In this document: in pieces, positions 46,814-52,162 of the stretch
Position numbering within the stretch: position 1 is the first letter of the stretch
How the letters are laid out: each line of letters opens with the position of its first letter
Assembly: GCA_040079825.1 (NCBI GenBank)
Contig: JBEBJP010000001.1
Span: 1 to 52,162 of the forward strand
Origin: Parcubacteria group bacterium
Lineage (GTDB): Bacteria > Patescibacteriota > Minisyncoccia > Phycocordibacterales > DATDWN01
Direction: 5' to 3'
DNA: 52,162 bases
Notes under the pieces: generated by a model
Told to the model about the DNA's origin: nothing
Database searches by the model: none
Seen by the model: only the letters and a program-made list of their open reading frames with translations
Program-made: the position numbers and the translations under genes

Positions 46814-47266
46814 CTAATCATAAGAAATAGTAACGGCTCTCTCATATTTTCTAGATGCTCCAACATCACATGTATTGTAACCCCGAGAATCTATCTTTGT
46901 GGTAGTAGCAACACCCATTCTTTTTACAACATCCACCACCACACACCCCTTTGTTAAATTAAATGTAATTGTACTGGTGGCATAAGTAGCTCCAATAACT
47001 CTAGTTTGAGGAACGGATTGGCCATTACAAGTGACATCGGAAGCAGTCCGATATGGATCAAATGCACTGTATAAATTCTTTAGGTCCCAATATATAGCAC
47101 ATTCTGTTCCACTGTCAGCATTATAAAAAGAAAACTGAGACTCTTGAGCAGCGTGTGCAAGAACCAACTGTTTCAAAGCTATATTTGAAACTGCAAAACT
47201 AACTATCAAAAGTAGTGATGTTGTTGTTATAGCTATTATCAATGTAAAGCCCTTGTTATTTTTCAT
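46814..47266 (-). CDS. Pilin-like protein (prepilin-type N-terminus)
   Basis: 150 aa. NKGFTLIIAITTTSLLLIV resembles a class III signal followed by a hydrophobic helix. Confidence 0.5.
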   Translation of the reverse strand: MKNNKGFTLIIAITTTSLLLIVSFAVSNIALKQLVLAHAAQESQFSFYNADSGTECAIYWDLKNLYSAFDPYRTASDVTCNGQSVPQTRVIGATYATSTITFNLTKGCVVVDVVKRMGVATTTKIDSRGYNTCDVGASRKYERAVTISYD

Positions 47267-47267
47267 A

Positions 47268-47864
47268 TTATTGACGATTCATTAAAAGCTGGGTAACCTG
47301 GAACGTCTTGGGTACACCCCTACTAGTCCAACTCATCCTGATAGTAACCAACACATCATCAAACGAATTTTGAGTAAACCAAATTTCTCTCTTAAAGTTT
47401 GTAGCGGTCCAATCTGAGTCATAACCAACCAGTCCAAATGTGGGACTTTCAGAATCCATATCTCTTCGTAAATTTTGACACACATTTCCAGTATCGTTTT
47501 GGCAATCCACAACTGCGGAAGGTCCTGTACCAACATATGAATCTATCCTACATATTTTACCAAAGTAGCATGGATCAGAAGGGTCAGCTGCCAAACCTGA
47601 AAGCCATGCAGTTGAAATACCACTTACAGCATTAAGTGCGTTTTCGTCTCTTTTATTTTTTATATATTCCATTGAATCTTGAATAAAATAAAAAGCAGTC
47701 ACCTGATCCTTTGCGGTCGTTGAATTTTGGAGACCACTTTGAACCGTAGTAAACGTAGAAAGAATAGACAAAGAGAGTATTCCTACAGCAACAAGAGTCT
47801 CAACCAGAGTAAATCCTGATTCTTTTGTTTTTTTCCTATTATTTTTATAAATGTCTAATCTCAT
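47268..47864 (-). CDS. Minor pilin / pseudopilin
   Basis: 198 aa with the cleavage/methylation motif SGFTLVETLVAVGIL. Confidence 0.65.
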   Translation of the reverse strand: MRLDIYKNNRKKTKESGFTLVETLVAVGILSLSILSTFTTVQSGLQNSTTAKDQVTAFYFIQDSMEYIKNKRDENALNAVSGISTAWLSGLAADPSDPCYFGKICRIDSYVGTGPSAVVDCQNDTGNVCQNLRRDMDSESPTFGLVGYDSDWTATNFKREIWFTQNSFDDVLVTIRMSWTSRGVPKTFQVTQLLMNRQ

Positions 47865-47869
47865 GTTAT

Positions 47870-48430
47870 TTATTGAAAATCAAACCTTCTTTGGGAAATA
47901 CTAGTGTGAAGTGTGAAGGTTGAATTTGTAAAAGCTTTTGTACCGACGTGACCACTTATAACTATTATAACTTGAGGTTGAAACAAATCGGGATAAATAG
48001 CTGAACCATATACCCTGAAGGTTAACTTATCTATTGTGATATCACTAGATGTTAGTGCATAGTCTGAAGATCCATTGATAGATCTATAAATTGTTCCTGA
48101 ATTAAGAGTGTATCTTACTTGGTTTCCAGCATCGTCCAAAAAATAGAAAGTACTAGAGCCTGCTTGGTTATCGTCGCAGTCTCTAGGGCTAGAAGTCGGA
48201 GGATTACTTGAACTACAATGATAGCTACTACCAAAACGTATAGCTCTAGTCATACTTTCTAGAGTAAAGTTTAGATTGTCCATAGAAGATCTCAGATTTT
48301 TTGATTTTTGGTTGGCATCAAATATCGTAAGTATAGACCCAGAACTTAACATAATGATTATTACAAAAATAGATGAGGCTACCATTATCTCTATTAAAGT
48401 AAAACCTCTTTTTAGATTTGTTTTTTGCAT
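47870..48430 (-). CDS. Minor pilin / pseudopilin
   Basis: Motif KRGFTLIEIMVASSIF. The start was trimmed to the ATG at 48430. Confidence 0.65.
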   Translation of the reverse strand: MQKTNLKRGFTLIEIMVASSIFVIIIMLSSGSILTIFDANQKSKNLRSSMDNLNFTLESMTRAIRFGSSYHCSSSNPPTSSPRDCDDNQAGSSTFYFLDDAGNQVRYTLNSGTIYRSINGSSDYALTSSDITIDKLTFRVYGSAIYPDLFQPQVIIVISGHVGTKAFTNSTFTLHTSISQRRFDFQ

Positions 48431-48431
48431 A

Positions 48432-49049
48432 CTAGTTTTGAGTTGTAACTTGACCAACACTATCAACATTAACATAAGTGACCTTACCGTCTTTTGATTT
48501 TAGTTGAACCTTTCCGATTTTTTGAATAGAAGTTTTATTATTACCTCTCTTATCAGTGAAATATATAACTGCATCAGTCACAGGTCTTTTGAATGTAAAG
48601 TGTGCTGCATCAAGAGTTGAACAACTATCGTCAACACCAACTACCGTACAGACATTGCCAACTGTTACACCATCTTTCAAAACGACCTCCTCAAGACATT
48701 CTGTTGTGCCACTTCCACACCCATTACCCACATCATATAAATCATTACTGTTACTATCTGAGAATATGAAATAACTTGATGGGTTATATGTTGGATTAAA
48801 ATATACACCATATGCATAACCAAATTGACCTGACCCCACTGCAGTTTCTCTTGTATTTAAGCCGTATATCTGTGCCTCTCTTATAGAAATAGTTACATCT
48901 TGAGACGACGACGACAGACTTGCTCTATCTACAAACGAATTATGCGCCAAAAGCACCACCGACATAATAACAGTCACGATACTAATAGATACCATGAGTT
49001 CTACCAAACTAAACCCTAATTTATTTATTTTAAATTTATAGTAAGTCAT
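48432..49049 (-). CDS. Minor pilin / pseudopilin (paralog A, 205 aa)
   Basis: Motif LGFSLVELMVSISIV. Clear paralog of 49049..49666. Confidence 0.65.
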   Translation of the reverse strand: MTYYKFKINKLGFSLVELMVSISIVTVIMSVVLLAHNSFVDRASLSSSSQDVTISIREAQIYGLNTRETAVGSGQFGYAYGVYFNPTYNPSSYFIFSDSNSNDLYDVGNGCGSGTTECLEEVVLKDGVTVGNVCTVVGVDDSCSTLDAAHFTFKRPVTDAVIYFTDKRGNNKTSIQKIGKVQLKSKDGKVTYVNVDSVGQVTTQN

Positions 49050-49666
49050 TATTTAGCCATTATTTGACCAGTTTTTCTTACAAATACATAAGCAGTGTTA
49101 CCACTTTGAGACCTCAGGTAGATCTTTCCAACTAACTGAGATGATGAAGTAATTATACCACCACCGTTTGCGAAACTTATAGATGCATCTGGTTCAGGTC
49201 TCTTAAAAACGATATGCATGGAATGTAAAGATGGATTCAAAGAACAATTAGACTCAGAAACGTCATCATTACAGACACCTGAGATAGTGACTCCATCTCT
49301 TAAATTTACCCTCTCAACACATTCAGTACTTGATGATCCACAACCATTGCCAGCATCGTATCTACCAGCTCGATCACCAGGATTTGTATTAGAATCAACA
49401 AAAATAATATAGTCACTAGGATTAGATCCTGGATTAAAATACACTCCATATGCAGAATCAAACCTGCCCGCACTTGTTTGTTTAACATTTAAACCATAGA
49501 ACTGAGCTTCTCTTATACTTATAGCCAATTCCTGAGCAGCAGATGAAACAGACAGGCTACCGTTTACAGAAAAATAGTTAAAAAGAACCACAGACATCAA
49601 AAGTATAACAATACTGATGGCTACCATAAGTTCTACAAGCGTGAAGCCTCTGTTTTTTTTAAACAT
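49049..49666 (-). CDS. Minor pilin / pseudopilin (paralog B, 205 aa)
   Basis: Motif RGFTLVELMVAISIV. It shares ...IREAQ.YGLN...AYGVYFNP...GNGCGS...TEC... with paralog A. Confidence 0.65.
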   Translation of the reverse strand: MFKKNRGFTLVELMVAISIVILLMSVVLFNYFSVNGSLSVSSAAQELAISIREAQFYGLNVKQTSAGRFDSAYGVYFNPGSNPSDYIIFVDSNTNPGDRAGRYDAGNGCGSSSTECVERVNLRDGVTISGVCNDDVSESNCSLNPSLHSMHIVFKRPEPDASISFANGGGIITSSSQLVGKIYLRSQSGNTAYVFVRKTGQIMAK

Positions 49667-49685
49667 TAATTCAAATTAAGTTGAT

Positions 49686-50540
49686 CTAATAAACCAGATT
49701 TAGAAAATCCCCTATATTCAATAAATCGAATCTGGTAAAGAATATGATGATAGCGCCAGCTATGAGAAACGGAGCAAAAGGTATTTCAGAACGAAAACTG
49801 AGTGATTGACCTGTATTTTTTTGTAATTTTTGAATTAAAAACATAACAATCACCCATAGAGTACCCAACCAAAAACCAAGTATCACTGCGGAAATACCCG
49901 AAACAAAGCCAAGCAATGCTCCGATACCAAAAACAAGTTTTGCATCCCCAAAACCCATCCAAGTGCCTTTTGAGAAGAGCCACATAGAAGCAAAGAAAAC
50001 AAATAGAACAAAAGGAGCTGAAAGATCAAAGAGATCTTTTGTAGATAAAATAAAATTATTACAATAGAAAAATAACGCTAATTTACCAAGACTCAAAATA
50101 ATAAAAGTGTAAACGAAGCCATCCGGGATTATTTTATGTTTGATATCGTACAATCCAATAGCAAGAAGCAAACTAAATACAAACGAGTAGAAAAGGAAAA
50201 ACAATAATGAATACATTAAGCCGTCTGAAAATCCTGAGTACAATGGCCAAAGTCTGTATTGTCGTAAAGCAACAAGAACAAAAACTATTCCTGTTAAAAA
50301 CTCTACGATAGGATACTGTTTAGATATGGAACTTTGGCATGTTCGACACTTTCCCCTGAGATAAAAGAAACTTATGATTGGAAATAGCTCAAACCACTTG
50401 AGCGGAGTATTGCAGTTAAAACACTTGGAACCACCGGAGACTATTGACTGACCTGTATTGTAACGCAAAGCAACTACGTTTATAAAACTTCCAATCAGTG
50501 TGCCGAATATAAAAATAAAAAGAATTGATATTAAATCCAT
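49686..50540 (-). CDS. pilD: Prepilin peptidase (A24 family, PilD-like)
   Basis: 284 aa with N-terminal CxxC...CxxC (KCFNC, KCRTC), multiple TM helices and the GFGDAKL active-site Asp motif. Confidence 0.85.
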   Translation of the reverse strand: MDLISILFIFIFGTLIGSFINVVALRYNTGQSIVSGGSKCFNCNTPLKWFELFPIISFFYLRGKCRTCQSSISKQYPIVEFLTGIVFVLVALRQYRLWPLYSGFSDGLMYSLLFFLFYSFVFSLLLAIGLYDIKHKIIPDGFVYTFIILSLGKLALFFYCNNFILSTKDLFDLSAPFVLFVFFASMWLFSKGTWMGFGDAKLVFGIGALLGFVSGISAVILGFWLGTLWVIVMFLIQKLQKNTGQSLSFRSEIPFAPFLIAGAIIIFFTRFDLLNIGDFLNLVY

Positions 50541-50602
50541 AGGTTAATTGTACAATATAATATGATTTGAAACTTAAAAATAATGTTGATAACTCAGACA
50601 AC

Positions 50603-50628
50603 AAAAAACCGCCAGTCGGCGGTTTTTT
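50603..50628. terminator. Terminator after the major pilin gene
   Basis: AAAAAACCGCC AGTC GGCGGTTTTTT. Confidence 0.75.
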
Positions 50629-50646
50629 GTTAAGATACAAAAGATA

Positions 50647-51108
50647 TTACGGACAAACAGTTGCATTGGCTCCTAGAAAAGAAGCTGTAAGCAGTTTAGA
50701 TGTTCCAGTACTGTCTACACACCAACTGTTAGCACTTGATGTTTTAAGAGGAACACCTGCAGCCCAAGCTCCTGCTGAGTCGTGACAAACTGATTGAGTC
50801 GCAGTTCCTGCAGTAGTCAAAGTGTTAGATACATTAGTGCCTGTTCCAGCAGCGGAGTTTGCAGAGTTCATTTGAGCTACAACGTTCGCGTTTGAACAAG
50901 TTCCAGTGTAACTGTTCGGATTGTTATTGTCATAAATTATCTCAGCCTGTGCTCTTATGTTAGCTAAGTTTGACTTAATAGCAGCATCTGAACCCTTACC
51001 TCTAGCTGTGTTAAGTGAAGCAAGAACTACTGATGAAAGAATACCGATAATTGCGATAACTACTAGCAATTCAATAAGTGTAAAACCTCGATTAAACTTT
51101 GTTGTCAT
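50647..51108 (-). CDS. Type IV major pilin-like protein
   Basis: 153 aa. NRGFTLIELLVVIAIIGILSSVVLASL is the canonical type IVa prepilin N-terminus. Confidence 0.8.
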   Translation of the reverse strand: MTTKFNRGFTLIELLVVIAIIGILSSVVLASLNTARGKGSDAAIKSNLANIRAQAEIIYDNNNPNSYTGTCSNANVVAQMNSANSAAGTGTNVSNTLTTAGTATQSVCHDSAGAWAAGVPLKTSSANSWCVDSTGTSKLLTASFLGANATVCP

Positions 51109-51444
51109 AATTGTTAAATTATTTTAAATTATTTACTAAATTCTTATAAACTATATTATTTATCGTTATTCGACCTGTTCTCTCTTTTCAGAGCATCCCG
51201 TTTTACTAAACGAATATTTATATTATACGGCTATATGTGTCGAGTGAAAAGACCACCTGTGGATATCTGACTTTTTCTAAACCTAAAATATATATATTGA
51301 GTGTCCCAAATTAAGCCTGGAATGTAGGATACGTAAAGATGAAATACGTATGAATCTTGGCCACAGTTATCCCTATTCTTCATGAATTAGTTTTAATATA
51401 AATTTCATACTGTTCATATAATATGGTAAAATATTGAAGTTCAT

Positions 51445-52162
51445 GTCACATCTACATATACATAAATTTATCTTACCGATTATATTGATATTTTTCGGAG
51501 TGTACTTTTACAGCGTGTACAGTCTACTCATTATACATGCAGCAGTTGGCGATATAGTTATTAGCGCTTCGGATATTATAGACAGTAATATACACGGGCA
51601 ATGGACCAAGATCCAAGATAACACCACATCAGGAGGTGTGAAAATAAAAAATACTAACAACAGAATTCCCAAATTAACTGAAGCGAGTGCTAATCCATCA
51701 AACTACTTTGAAGCAACATTCTATGCTGAAGCAGGAAAAAGGTACCAAATTTGGTTTCGAATGGAAGCAGAAAATAATGATTTCCAAAATGATTCTATAT
51801 TTGTTCAGTTTTCAGACTCTCTCGACACTGTAGGTAGTCCTCATTACCGAATCGGTACAGTCGACAGCCTTATAGGCTTTCTGGAAGAAAATTCAACTGG
51901 TATATCTGGTTGGGGCTGGAATGACAATAACTATAACGGCATAGGTCCTACTATACAGTTTGAATCTACAGGCAATCACACAATTAGAGTTCAACAAAGA
52001 GAAGATGGTGTAGCTATAGACGAAATAGTTTTGAGTTCGAGTACTTATCTGACCCAAAGTCCAGGTTTGACCCAAAATGACGCGACGTTTGTACAAAAAG
52101 ATACGACACCTTCTGTTTCCATTACTCCAACACCAACTACACCTCTCGCGACAACCCCAACT
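51445..52162 (+). CDS. Secreted/anchored protein with carbohydrate-binding-module-like domain, 3' partial (runs off the window)
   Basis: The frame is open from the ATG at 51445 to the window end. It has an N-terminal TM/signal helix, a beta-sandwich-like region (YFEATFYAEAGKRYQIWFRMEAENN...GNHTIRVQQREDGVAIDEIVL), then a Thr/Pro linker. Confidence 0.55.

Noticed and set aside
51240-51270. A DnaA-box-like TGTGGATAT in the pilin upstream region, a possible origin.
   Set aside because: It is a single imperfect box with no cluster, AT-rich unwinding element or dnaA/dnaN context.

Overview
This is an AT-rich bacterial chromosome fragment. A hand count of single 60-nt lines gives about 15/60 G+C in typical genes. 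The gene content looks like a small-genome CPR/Patescibacteria-type organism, but that is inference, not a search result. All coordinates were derived by hand and may be off by 1-2 nt.

The core genes are groES-groEL, secG, RNase J, pyrG, ftsEX, prfB, mscL, bcp, gatCA, ligA and a type IV pilus-like cluster. There is also a mannoside-utilisation cluster (GH130 x3, GH125, mannose-6-P isomerase cupin, PMM-like HAD, two transporters) and an ECF sigma/anti-sigma pair. I found five tRNA genes. One of them, tRNA-Asp, is split by a 218-nt group I intron and has a free-standing LAGLIDADG gene overlapping its 5' end.

The most interesting part is the accessory region at about 19.8-32.0 kb, which ends at tRNA-Gln. 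It contains:
- a Type III R-M operon with a C-protein, plus DUF3800-like and zinc-ribbon genes;
- a Nudix-HD fusion with RdgB;
- three GC-rich single-gene cassettes (about 36/60 G+C per line), with a fourth at 5.8-6.3 kb, each with its own consensus promoter, SD and terminator;
- a duplicated divergent promoter/operator module;
- an ORF-free, densely base-paired GC-rich region of about 0.7 kb that is a candidate large ncRNA;
- two sets of long inverted repeats. A 216-bp perfect pair brackets 9.4 kb of cargo. A 131-bp pair brackets a large serine recombinase gene.

This layout suggests a recombinase-driven inversion switch. I did not recognise the GC-rich RNA or three of the GC-rich proteins as any known family. 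No CRISPR array or rRNA gene was seen.
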